From Marsupella aquatica (lineage: Eukaryota > Plantae > Marchantiophyta): a DNA stretch of 64,000 nucleotides. Below are positions 34,447-46,900 of this stretch, piece after piece; the stretch's first letter is position 1, and the number at the start of each line of letters is the position of its first letter. Under the pieces are notes generated by a model, which saw only the letters and a program-made list of their open reading frames with translations, made no database searches and was not told the DNA's origin. Position numbers and translations under genes: made by a program. The stretch is from positions 1,367,223 through 1,431,222 of the forward strand of contig OZ316892.1 of assembly GCA_973895155.1 (NCBI GenBank), in the 5' to 3' direction.

Positions 34447-37063
34447 TTACTCAATGAATATTTCTTCCTCTTGCTTTTCAGGTTCTTCATCTTCTTCTTC
34501 TTCTTCCTCTTCTTCCTCTTCTTGGTCTGAATCGATGGGATCTTCCTCTAAAAAACGTGTTCGCCTTTTGAATATTTTCACTCTTTTTCCTGCATAAGGC
34601 ACACGATGAATTGCTCCATCCAATTCACGGAGAGTGTAAGTGGAATTTGGGTGAGTAGTAACTACCACAAATGGGCCCCTCCAACGTTGTGCAAATTTCT
34701 TGATCGATGAGTGATCTTGTCCGAGACCGCCTTCAGAAACTAAGACCCAATCCTCTTCTTGGATTGTCTTGGGTCTCAATCGATGGGTCTTGTCAAAGCG
34801 GGATTTGTTAGCCATTCTCTTTTGCTTCAATTGTTTAATGGCACCTTGGATCTTTGTAGGAGTGTGATCAAACTGCTCTATGCGACGAAGAATCAAATCC
34901 TCTTGAGATACACCATCCTCCCACTCTATTGCCCTCCAACTATTAATGTCTTCTTCTATTGGCATGAGTGGAAGTTGACCATTGATCAACTCTGAAGGTG
35001 CATATCCTGTTACCGATGTGCAAGTTGTTCTGTGTGCCATGAGTGCTAGGGGAAGGAAATTTGGCCAAAATGAGGTTCTTCCCTTGCATGCCTTAATCAA
35101 GGCATTCACAATTGGTTGGTGTCCCCTCTCACTCTTGCCATTACCTTCAGGATTGTAAGCAGTTGTCAATTTGAGATTCACCCTAAACTTCCTGAAAAAT
35201 GCAACCGCTTCCTCTGCATTGAGCTCCCCTCTGTCTGCCCTCATGCGATCAAAGCATCCATACCTTGCAATGATGTCCTCCAATACAAATTTGCATATTG
35301 CCTCGGTCTTATTTGTTGTCAAGGCTCTACCTTCAATGTAAGAGGAGAGGTCCTCAATAGCCAAAACAAGGTACTTGGCTCCTCTTACTCCTCTCGGCAT
35401 GTGTACCACATCTACAGCCCATTGGTAGTGTAGGGAAAGAGGGTACGTGGGTTTTAGTCCATCTCTATGCTTCACCTTCGAATAGAGTTGACACACTTTG
35501 CAAGTTTCCACATACTTGCTTACATCTACATACATTCCTGACCACCAATATAGTCTTCGAATCCTTTCATAAGTAGCTTCTCGCCCCTTATGTCCTGCCA
35601 TGTCGGAATCATGTAAGTCATGTAAAATTTTGTGTTTCTCTTCATCTCTACCAATGACCCTTAGAAGTATGTGCCCCTTCTTCTTTGGATGCTTCCAAAG
35701 GGATCCACCTCTTACCATGAATTGGTAAGACTTCTTTCGAATTTTGTTGAAGTCTTGCTTACTCCATGTTGAATCTTTCTGCAACGTGGTAAGGTAACGT
35801 CCTATCTGTAACAATTCCCCAGAATAAGCTTCCTCTTCAAACCTCAATTCCCCTTCATCTTCTCCATATGTACTATGAAGGCACATTCCTTGGTCCTCCT
35901 CGTCCCTATAGCGAGCTCGGGAAAGCATATCAGCTACTGGATTATCTCTCCCAGCAATGTGCTTTAACTCAAGATTAAACATTCTAATGAATGCTATCCA
36001 TCAAAGCATTGCAATATCTGGAGTATCACAATTGGCTATCATTCCCAACAAGGGTAGGCAATCTGTCTCCAATATTACATTTGCTCCTATCAAATAGTCT
36101 CTTTCTTGGCGAAGTGCTACCTTCGCACCCCATAACTCTCGTTTTACTTGAGGATAATGCCTCTGTCTTTCTGTAAATATTTTTGCCCCAAACCGTGCGG
36201 CAAACCTTTGTCCTTCCTCATCTTGCCCAACTGCCCATCCAGATGCGTGAGGACTTGAGTCAATGGTCACAATTATTGGGTCAATACCATTGTACTTCAG
36301 AGGTCGTAATACCGGTGAGCTAGTCAAAGCTTCTTTCAATTGTTGCATAGCCTTTGTATGGCCTGCACTCCATACAAACCTCACATTCTTCCTTAGAAGA
36401 TCATAGAGAGGTTCTGCAATGTGAGCAAAATGTGGTATCCGTATTCTGTAGAAGATGCAGGCCCCAAGAAATCTCCTTACCTCTGAGGTAGTTCTGCAGT
36501 TCTCCATATCCTTGATGGCATCCACTTTTGCTTCACATGGTCTTCTTCCATAAGGGCCACAAACTTGCCCTACTACCATGATCTCTTGTAACCCGAAAGC
36601 TGACTTCTCTCCAGATAGAGTTACTCCTACTTCCTTGAGTCTTTGTAGAATAGCTCCCACATCTTGTAAGTGCTCCCACACAAACTGTCTTAGACCATCT
36701 CCTCTAAGTGTTTGATCCCTCTCCTTGTACAAACACCCTTTTATGGGGATGTCATCAAGAAAAGGTCTAGTCTTCTCTGGAACAAACGGTTGCAAAATCC
36801 TATTCATGGCATTTTGTATATGGGCCACTGAGTTAGTTGCACCTTGAGGAAGGGTGCACATTCTCAACAACCCTAGTGGCGTTCTCATAGCAGTAATGTC
36901 TCTGCTATCTTGGGCAAGCTAAAACTGATCATACCCTGAGTATAAGTCGCCAATGGAGTAGATTGCTCTCCCAGCAAACTCCTCAGCAAACTCATCCACC
37001 ACAGGTCCTGTGCCCACATTCCTTATGGTGACCTTGTTTGGTGGCTGCATGTCTTGAATGAAC
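34447..37063 (-). pseudogene. RT (3' part), RNaseH and integrase of the minus-strand Gypsy, with in-frame stops
   Basis: ORFs 36001..36888 and 34447..35982 are in frame across single stop codons; acidic C-terminal tail, no chromodomain seen. Confidence 0.88.
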
Positions 37064-40000
37064 TGTAGATAGGCAGTAATTCCAAAGTCATGAAGAAAAC
37101 CGGAAAATTTTTAAATTTTTGAAGTAGTTAAACTATATTTGCTGATAACTCGAGTAAACTAAACTCTGCCGAAGATTAAGAGTTTAAGAGTTGAAGAGTT
37201 AAAGTGTTTAAGAGTTTACGGGTTTACGAGTAAACCCTACTTTAATAGTTTAAGAGTTTAAGAGTTGAAGAGTTGAAGTGTTTAATAGTTTAAGAGTTTA
37301 AGGGTTTACGAGTAAACCCTACTTTAAGACTTTACGACTTTAAGAGTTGCGACTTGCGAACTGGCGAGCCCCGCGATTGTGACAGGCTACGGCTAACTCC
37401 AACGGGACTTTGCAACAAAACGAGGAGCAGGCCTTGAAGGGGGAGGAATCCAGAACATAGGCGCTCACTCCTGACTTCTCTTCCGCTGCATCTTTCATCG
37501 CTCTTGACTCCAAACAATTCTTCGCGTAGCTCAGTGAGCAGAATTTGAGCTATGGCTGACTTGAACGCTGATGCACAGTATCGTGTTCAAACTCTGGCAA
37601 TTCCTAAGAGTGTGGTCGCTCGAATTCCTTTGGCGCCCGACAATTGTGAAAATTTGAGAACATCGTTACAGCAGCTCGGATTGGAACATCTACTCGCAAT
37701 CCCTTGGAATGTGGAGCTCGACTCTTATTTACAGGATTTTGTGAGAGGATCACTGATTGCCCCTGAATTTCGACAAACCATTCGAGCTCGGCCAAGTTTA
37801 TGGACAGTTGAGCAAGTAGCTCATGCCTTCCGCTGCCCCTTAGATGGAGAAGGATTATATTCAAAGAAAAAAGATTTGTCCACTCCTTACTTTTCAGGGA
37901 TTCGCCATCCTACCAATGGCTGGAATGTGACACAATGTACCTATCCGGATTTGAGGATTCTTTTAGAATTTCTAGTGCCCATTCTCCATCCGAAGAGACC
38001 AACTATCTGCCCTGTGGCATTGGCGAATACTATCGTAGCTTCTCACAGTGGAGCTATTCAAGTAAATTGGGCGTTGTTACTTTTCAATGTGATGCACGAT
38101 CAGGTGAGAAGTATGAAGGCAGGCAGACCTACTTGTCTACAAGTCTATCTATCTCAGCTGTATCAAGCACATGACTGTTTACATCCGGAGGAGAAAACAG
38201 AAAGGGGATTACTTCTGATCGAGTTGGACATTGAGGAAGAAATTAGTGTAGCAGAATCAGAACAGGACATTCTGCTGAATTCCACTGATCAGGATGTTAA
38301 TATGGAGGATGTCTCGATAGATGGTTCGGAATTTCCCCCTGAACACAACATGGAGGTCATTTTATACTCTCCAAGAGAAATCAGTGGAGCAGATCAACTT
38401 GAAGCTGAAGGAGACGAGATTTTTCCTGAGCAACAAGAAGTCGTTGTTGAACCAACTATTACTGCCATACGAGGAGTCACCATGCCCCCTTTTTCGAAAG
38501 CAGAGTCAAATCAGCAGCTTATTGATAAGTTAATCTCTCTCTTCGGTTGCAGTGATGTTGAACTCTACGATGTTGTCTGTGATTTGAGATCCGAGGCAGT
38601 TAGCTTATCCTCTCCATTTCCAGATCAGCTAACCCCTGTCAGGACCGCTTCTCCCATTGAGAGGTCAGCACCAGAAGAATTTGTTGCTCTCACTCCTACT
38701 GTCCCACAGAATCTACCTCCAGAGCCAAGTGAACCTGTCTCAAGGATAGGAAACACAAGTTGTGTTGCAATTGTAACTGACCTACTGGAATTGCTTCAGT
38801 GTGAACCTGAGGAGATAATCTCTGTGGTTAGTGACTTAATTCCGAAGTACACAGAATTCAAAGGCCCTTCCAACCCGGGTGACTGCATTTATAGTCCAGA
38901 TTCCAATTATGAGCCAACCGAGGGACCTATTTATACCCAACCACAGTATGAACATCCTTCTGTTAGACAGGATCTTCCTGAGGATTCTGATCCACCCTCT
39001 GATTTTGATTCCATCCGATCTTATGACAACTCTGTCGAGTCGTCACCAAGGCAAGGATTTGAGGATGTTGACACTACCTTAAGATCTGATCCAAATTTAG
39101 TGGCAGTTGTCACCTCCTCTACTCAAACACCCCGGTATTCTGTCATTGAGAAAAGATATACACGACATCCAGAGTCTCAAGTGCAGAGGTACGTGGAGAC
39201 TTGTAAGATAATGCAGGCCAACAGACCCCCAATTGGAGAGTTTTGGAGATACTACTACCTTAAGAAGACTGAGGCCAGTTACATATTTGACCTCAGAAGT
39301 TTCGGAACTTCAAGAGTGGAGATGGCTCAATTTGATGAGTTCTGGGCTGACTCAATCTACTTCCGACCCATCCTTGCTATGATGCTACTTCAAGGGGATG
39401 TAGAAGTAGAAGATCCAGATTTGGTTTTGGCCTATTTCGGGAATTTTGCAGCTTACGCTCTGGACTTTGTGATTTCTTTTCTCATGCAGAGTAAGAAATC
39501 CACTTCTCACCAGAACTCTTACATCCCACGAGAGCCGAAGGTTGTCCTTGTTTCCACCAGTTCCCTAGCTGAGAAACAGAGGATCTGGAATAATGTCACT
39601 ACTCAGACCCTGGCTCATTTCAACCGATATTTTAAGGATGTCAGATGGAGACTTCGACCCTTCTATTCCAGGATGATGAATAGTGATGAGTTTCTGCATC
39701 ACTATCCCCAAGTATATGCTGCCACCTGCAACAACTATGATGTGATCGGGATGTACAGAGAAGCTCTTCGTATAGATTCCTATTATTTGATGAAGAGAAT
39801 GCCTTTGATGTATCCTGAGAGACAACTGAGGTGCCTACCATACTCCAGAGGATCCCCACGCCAAGCTAAGCTGATAGAGGTTACCCAGAACTGAATTGTT
39901 ACCCTTGTGGAGTTACTAGAACCAGAGGACATCCGACAGCAAGCTTGAAGAAGTCTCTAAGTGTTCTTAGTTAGTTTTTAGAGTAGTGCATCTTATCTGA

Positions 40001-41180
40001 TTTTTAGAAATGTGTTCTAGAGCTTTAGAAGCTGTCATACTTCTTTAGGCTGTAGTCTGTACCTAGGAAACCCTGCTGGAAAAATTTCAGAGTTTTCTGA
40101 ACCAGGAGTAGAAAGTTAAAAATAGTTGAATCTACTCAATTTTTAGTATACCGAAATTAAGAGTTTAAGAGTTTAAGTTTTTACGTTTTTAAGAGTTTAA
40201 GTTTTTACGTTTTTAAGAGTTTAAGTTTTTACGTTTTTAAGAGTTTAAGTTTTTAAGAGTTTAAGAGTTCATACTTACCCATTTTTTCCGGCTTTCCACT
40301 TACTGAATCGCCATTTTAAAATTTTGAGGGGTATGAAGAGGCATGTCTCTTCGACCCTGTGACCTCTTATTCTGTAGTTCATCACTATTTATACCTCTTT
40401 CCCTAGTGTAGAGAGATGGTTAAGTTTTGCAGTTTTGCCTCTCCCTTGTGTTAAACTAGTTGATCATGAATCTATGAGTTCGAGATCAGGTTTAACATTT
40501 GGAGAGACTTACCTCCTTCTTGTATTTTGGAACCCAAATACTTGAAGTAAAACCTCAGTTATGAATCTCGTGAATTATAATGTCAGATTCCGCTTTGGTG
40601 ACACATTGTAATCTCACAAGTTCTTAGAGTTAACTCATTGAGTTTAAGTTGCATTGGAAATGATGTTTTCACCTTCATGTTGCTTAGTACCATCTAAATG
40701 CTGAAGTATTTATCCTTTTAGATCTTGACTAAGTATCACTTAGGAAGAAAGGTCAAGACATGTTGCCGGCATTTTAAAAGGATACTCTAGTATGCAGTTT
40801 AGATCTGAAAAGCCGTGTGGATTTGGATTCCCTTAAAGTCATTCCATTATTACTTATGTCTAAGGAGTAACCTTGGTCTATTCCAGACTCCCTTAAGCAT
40901 ACTCTGAGAGATTTTTCCTTGTGTTTTGTTAATTGCAATCTTTTGCTTAATTGAAGGTTATCTGATGTTGAGTTATCATCAAAAACTACTCACCGCTGTG
41001 GAGCGATCTTCAAAGTACCTGATTAAAGTAGTCAAGATTGATTACTATGTGTGACACAAGAGCTTAAAGCTTTGTTTTTAGTTTATTACATCAAACCAAC
41101 CCCATCTTGTTCTTAAAGGGAACGAATACCGAGTTTAGAGACTTTAAAATGTGATTTTTGGTTCTCTATGGCAAACTACA
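37064..41180 (+). repeat. 4117-bp LTR, copy 1 (solo-LTR-like, flanked by TGAAC TSD)
   Basis: TGTAG...CTACA termini; tgaac at 37059-37063 and 41181-41185; near-identical to 50060-54176. Confidence 0.92.
37552..39894 (+). CDS. 780-aa accessory protein encoded inside the LTR (copy 1)
   Basis: Intact ORF; N-terminal domain LQQLGLEHLLAIPW...NGWNVTQC...LEFLVPILHP...VNWA, acidic/Pro-rich middle, aromatic-rich helical C-terminal domain. Confidence 0.85.
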   Translation: MADLNADAQYRVQTLAIPKSVVARIPLAPDNCENLRTSLQQLGLEHLLAIPWNVELDSYLQDFVRGSLIAPEFRQTIRARPSLWTVEQVAHAFRCPLDGEGLYSKKKDLSTPYFSGIRHPTNGWNVTQCTYPDLRILLEFLVPILHPKRPTICPVALANTIVASHSGAIQVNWALLLFNVMHDQVRSMKAGRPTCLQVYLSQLYQAHDCLHPEEKTERGLLLIELDIEEEISVAESEQDILLNSTDQDVNMEDVSIDGSEFPPEHNMEVILYSPREISGADQLEAEGDEIFPEQQEVVVEPTITAIRGVTMPPFSKAESNQQLIDKLISLFGCSDVELYDVVCDLRSEAVSLSSPFPDQLTPVRTASPIERSAPEEFVALTPTVPQNLPPEPSEPVSRIGNTSCVAIVTDLLELLQCEPEEIISVVSDLIPKYTEFKGPSNPGDCIYSPDSNYEPTEGPIYTQPQYEHPSVRQDLPEDSDPPSDFDSIRSYDNSVESSPRQGFEDVDTTLRSDPNLVAVVTSSTQTPRYSVIEKRYTRHPESQVQRYVETCKIMQANRPPIGEFWRYYYLKKTEASYIFDLRSFGTSRVEMAQFDEFWADSIYFRPILAMMLLQGDVEVEDPDLVLAYFGNFAAYALDFVISFLMQSKKSTSHQNSYIPREPKVVLVSTSSLAEKQRIWNNVTTQTLAHFNRYFKDVRWRLRPFYSRMMNSDEFLHHYPQVYAATCNNYDVIGMYREALRIDSYYLMKRMPLMYPERQLRCLPYSRGSPRQAKLIEVTQN

Positions 41181-42104
41181 TGAACCTTAGCTTCCCATTC
41201 TTCTTTCTCACCGTGAACCACCGATTTGAGTACGGAGCGTTTGATCTCTCAAGGATTTTGGCATCTAACTTCTCCTTGAGTAACTCCACCAATTTAGGCA
41301 TCAGTGCTCGTGGCACAGGAATTGGCTTAAGGTCCCAAGGAACATGTGGAACAGTGAAGATTACCATTGGTGTGATCTCCCTTGGATCAGCACATCCAAT
41401 CTCTCCAATGGAAAAGGAAAAGGCCTTTTCATGTTTGATGATCATCTCCTTGAAGGCTCTTCTCTCTTCCTCTAGTAAACCCTTATCACCAATCTTTAAT
41501 TTGAGCAACGTCTCCTCAGTGAATTTATGCCCAATCTTAGTACGATCTCTAAGACTTGGCTCCTCCTTTGCCCGCCTCAATATTTCCTTAGCCTCAGATG
41601 GCAAGGGAACTGCTGCAGGTCGCACCTTCTTGTCCACTGTTTTGTACTTTGTGTGTACTTCTGCAAAGCGCTCAATGTAACCATACACATCCCTTTCCAC
41701 CTCCACTTCTCCATTTTCTTCCTCAATGTCTCCAATAATCTCTCGAAGAGAGGGTGGTAATTCCCTTTCCTCGAGTACTCCTTCTATTCTCGCTTCAACC
41801 TTCAACACTCCTAATGTGAACAAATCTTTTTCTTTCTTTTCCAACATCTTCTGAGCTCGCCTCTTCACACCACCTTTATGAAAATAGCTCACTTCACTAG
41901 TCCTACTCACACCAACAAAAGAGGAATGAACCTCCATAGACGAGACTAAAGGCTTGGCGTCCTGCCTGCTCGTTTCTCTTAGCGGGACGCCTAGTCGAAA
42001 CCCTTCATACTCTGATCGGACCTGTACTCCTCCACTGTTCTTAATTCCCGATGATCTCTTGTACTACCTGGCCAAAGTGTGGGAAATTGAATCTTCTTCA
42101 AGTC
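41181..42104. repeat. 924-bp duplicate of the host-Gypsy flank (same as 54177-55100)
   Basis: Identical translations (41176..41937 = 54172..54933); identity ends at tcttcaagtc. Confidence 0.92.
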
Positions 42105-42127
42105 GATTACAAATTCGATCTTTCACA

Positions 42128-43129
42128 ATGGAAAATGCACCAGAGGCATTTAGGGAGAGATTTGGAGGTGAAACTCCTCCCTCAATTTTGGAAAGAAAGA
42201 GAAAAGCTAAAGCCAAGAAGGAAAGACGAAATGGGGCTTAGTGGGGGAATATCCTTCCCAAGAAAGAGATGGTGAGGAAAAGCAGACCTCAGAAAAGAGA
42301 AAGAGCCTTGATTAGGTCAAGGGATAATCAAACACACACGATTATCAGTGCCACTGCAAGAGAGAGAACAACTATTTTGAGAAGGCAGGTGTCCAACATC
42401 AGAGGAGGAAGCTACTTTTGGGGTGGCGAATTGGTGAAGGTTGACTCCTGGGACACCAATATTTTGTATGATTGTGTATTTGTTTTCAGAAGAGCCCTAG
42501 ATGGAAGACTGGAATTGATTGAAGCCACTCAAGATGAGGAATTTGATGCCAATTTTATTCCCCCCTTACTAAAAGAACATGACATTAAGGAGGAAGTATT
42601 GGAGGAGGAACTTGAACATCAATTAAGGGAAACGTTGGATAAGTTAAAAGGGAATCCATTGTGGAGAAACCAACTTGATTATGTTTTAACAGAGTTTTAC
42701 CAGAATAATCCCAATTTAATACTTAGGGAGGAAAGACCAGTTATGACCTCCAATAGAAGAGAGTTGGTTGACACTTGTAAATGGCATGCCGGAAGTGGAT
42801 GGGTTCCATTGAAATGGAAGGAGGCAACTACCCAAAGGACATCCTTTAAGTGGACCATCCCACTCCCTCACTGCTCTGAATTAACTGATGTAATGGTTTT
42901 TAAGAGAGTTTGGATTGATGATGAGGAATACAAGTTGTAGCCCATTAAGGAAGAACATGATTTAGAATTTTTAATAAGCAAGAAGGGGCAAATTAGTAAC
43001 AGGGTTACTGAAGAAGAAGAACTAAGAATTAAGGAGGTGTTGGAAAAATTACACCTTGTTGAACACCCTTGGGTTGATGCCCTGGACACTCTAGAAAAAT
43101 TGTTAAACAACTACCGGACCTCAGCATAA
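42128..43129 (+). pseudogene. Extra ORF upstream of gag in the long-LTR Gypsy, interrupted by two in-frame TAG stops
   Basis: MENAPEAF...(TAG 42239)...ORF 42269..42940...(TAG)...PIKEEHDLEFL...RTSA* all in one frame. Confidence 0.6.
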
Positions 43130-43901
43130 AAGAGGACAACAGAGGAGCGGATTTCCCCAAATTACAATCTTGATTTCAACTTTGAATAAGCAATTTGGTG
43201 AAATAATTGAAATGCCTCCAATCAGGTCTTTAGGCACTTTGAGAGTAAGAAATTTGCATAATCGGTATGTTCAAACATGGGTACTGTCCCTAAGAGGACG
43301 AAGGGGTGTTCATTGGTTATCTATTACCTGGTGGGAAGGAGGCATTTTGCATCTGGTTATTTTAAAGTTAAATGGTAGAATTACAGGAGAAGAGTATGTT
43401 ATCATTTCTATACAAGAATTAGCTAGATCCTTGCTTCAAAGGCAAACTAGGAGACACAGATAACATTAGTTAGGCCAAGAAATTTGTTAAGTACACCTAC
43501 TCTCCTAAAAATGGGCGCTGCCGAGAACTGAAGGGACGGCATTACGAGTAAGCCTTTACGTTTTTTTTAGAGTTGAAGTTTTACGAGTAAACATACTCGA
43601 GTAAGGGTATAATAGTTGACGACTTACGAGTTGCGAGTTGACGACTTACGAGTTGAAGGGCCGCGATGAACAGGCGCGCCACTTCAACACTTGACCACTC
43701 GCTGCGACTGTTGGGGCGTACACCCCCTGAGGGTTACGAGAAGAGGCGCCATCAAGGGCCACGACGGTGCGAAAGGGTGCCAGCGGGAGGAACAATGGAA
43801 GAACGTGACCCCTCCATGCAAACTTAGACTCCCAAAGGAAACCAGAGTCAGTCCCAAACCATTAACTCGCTCCTGAAGATTGCCGACTTTCAGGATGAGG
43901 A

Positions 43902-46900
43902 ATGTCTGATAAAGGGAAGCGAAGTTGGAGATTAAGACAAGAAGAAAAAGCAAGATCAGAAGCACCACCAACTCCCCTTAATCCTAGGGGACTATTGCCC
44001 GAATTCCAATCCCCAGATTACCCAACACCGGGAAATGTAGTAGAGCGAGTTACCCTCATCCAACGAAATGAAATAGAAGGAACAGTAGACAAGCCTGCAA
44101 CAAGTCGACCAACAATTTATAAATTACGCTCTAGGGATGTCCAATACATCTCACCTAAGCCTAAGAAGAAAGAAATTGACATAGCCAAACCACTGAGACG
44201 AACACAAAGCTTGGATGAATATGAGGGAACACCTGCGTTTCAGATAATTGGAACAGGAAAAACTACCAATACAAGGCATGAAAGCATAATTGAAGGAGGA
44301 ATTCAGCAAATTGAATCTTTAAAATTTAATTCTGACTCACCTTTACTTCAAAGAACGCCTATTGATGAATCTGTCAGATTAGCAGAGGCACTACCCTCGC
44401 TTGGTTATGGAAGTGCCAGCAGTAGCTTAAGTGCGATAAGCACTCCAAATTCCGTAAATTCAATTTCACCATTAACATCTCAAGGATCAGTCACCAGCAC
44501 TAGCTCACAATCTCTGAGAGCCTATCCTCCAATTAACCCAATTCCGGTTCCTATAAGACGACCTCAAATGGCTCGAAATAATATTCGATACGATACCTTT
44601 AAGGGAACATCTAAGGAGGATGCTGAGACTTTCCTCAAGGAATTTGAAGCTGCAGCCACCTCAAATGGGCAAACCCAGGACGCTGAAAAAGCCACGATTT
44701 TTGGAGGGTTATTAAAAAAGAATGCTCAAAAATGGTATGATCGATTTCCAGATAAGAATGACTGGGGAAAAACCAAGACCGGTTTCTTGGACAAATATAA
44801 GGAGGATGGTGTTGAGGCAAGGGCTTTTGCTAGAATCTCTCAACTAACCATGAAGAAACATGGCTCAGTGAGAAAGTACGCAGATAAATTACTAGATCTA
44901 GTGGATAAATATAATCCCAATACAGCCAAGTCCACCACGAGAGATTGGTTTATTAACGGGCTGCCCTCCCGAATTGCAAGGTATGTAAGACAAGAAGGTG
45001 GTACAACCTTTGAGGAAGCTCAGGAAGCAGCACAAAAATACGTGGACTCAGAAGTTTCTGAGAAGAAAAGAGTAAAAAAAGATTTGAAGAAGGGTAAGAG
45101 GAAGGATAAAAAGAAAAAGAAAAAGAAAAAGTCCTCTTCAAGCTCGGAGTCTGGTGATAGCGACACTACCACTACTGAAGGAACTAGTTCCGACTCGGGC
45201 TCCAGCAGTAGCTCAAGCTCCAGTCCAAGTTCTGACGATGCGGACACCAAGACCAAAAGGATGCAGAAAAGCACGGTACCTCAGAAAGCCAAGACCCTGG
45301 ATAAAATGATGGATTCCTTGACTAGTAAGTTGAATAAACTCTCTGTGAATGCCGCTATATTTAAACCAACTAGGAAACTCCCACCCACCATACGAAATAA
45401 TGTGTGGTGTACACGCTGTAATAACCAAGGACACTATCACCATGAGTGCCCCTCATTGCAACGAGCTGTCAATTATGGAGAAGAGGAAGAGTTATTAGAC
45501 TATGGAGATATCTATGCTGTCCAAGCACCGTTTGCAGGGCAATACTTTCCCCCTACTGCGGGACCGACTTCATGGGCCCAACAAAAATCAGCAGGACCTT
45601 CCTCATTTAATCGGCCTATACCAAGACCACCGATGGGACCTCCTGGAGGCTATCCACCCAGAGGAGCACCAAGAGTGCAAGGAACCTGCTATAATTGTGG
45701 TCAACCAGGGCATTACTCACCAGAATGTCCGTACCCAAAACGAGAAGTAGGGTACACACCAATTTGTGGCAACTGTGGAAAGGAAGGTCATCTCCCTGTT
45801 GAATGCCCAAACCCTCCGAAACCCAAGATGATGGTAAGATTTGCTAAAGAGCCTGTGAAGGAAGCACCCAGACCTGAAGAAGTAAGGATGATATATAGCC
45901 AAGAAAATCGGGAGCAATGCAGTCATGTGACCATAGAAGCAGAAGCTGAGGAGGAAGTGCATAATATTTATACCCAAAGTCTATCAGGCACTATTCCGGA
46001 TGTTGATTTGGAGCACTTAGTACAAGACCATGTTGTGGGAATGCCCAACCTACGGGTCCAAGAACGGGACCGTGTTTTGGAAACTTACGCCACTACCAGA
46101 TCCAAGTCTCATCATGAGAAGAAGCACGGTGAGGATGGTTCTAAGCGGAAGAAATCATCCAAACAGAAGAGCAAAACAAGGATACCGGCAAAGGAAGGTA
46201 TCCCAAAAGAGGATGACCCAGCCTATGACAGGTATGACCCCAAGTACTTCCAGCCCGACATATCTACAGAGGTTAAAACTCAAATACATGAGTTAACCAA
46301 GGATGCACCCCTGCTAGTGGAACGGAAGGAAGTCCCTCCAGAGCTAAAAAAGCCTGAACCCAAGATGACCTTGGTACCAACACTCAAACCAAAGGGGTAT
46401 GATATCGTGGACGTTGTCAAGAGCCAACCTGCCAACATTACGATTGGGGAGCTATTAGAAGACAATCCCACTTATAAAAAGCAGTTAAGAACCTTGCTGA
46501 CAGGAAGGAGGAAAAGAAGGAAACTACCTTCTGTGGAGGCCTTGAGACTAGAATGGGAAGATAAAGGACCTCCGGAAATTGAAGTTCAGATCATGGGGTG
46601 TGTAATACCCGAAGTACCAGTAGACGGAGGATCGAGTGTGAACATCATGACCGAGGAAACAGCATCCAACATTGGCATCCATAAGTTTGAAAAGACCTTA
46701 CAAGTACTACGCATGGCCGATCAATCCAGAGTAGTGCCAGTAGGAAAACTTATTGGGATCGACACAATTATTGGGGGCCTGACTTTCCCCTTAGATTTTG
46801 TAGTTCTCCGACCTGAAGTTCCCTCCTCCTATCCTTTGCTATTAGGGAGACCCTGGTTATATAAGGCCAAGGTCAAGGTTGATTGGCACCAACGACAGAT

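Noticed and set aside
41954-42275. ORFs 41954..42241 and 42051..42275 as genes
   Set aside because: They span the 42104 rearrangement junction and their N-termini are antisense host-Gypsy sequence.
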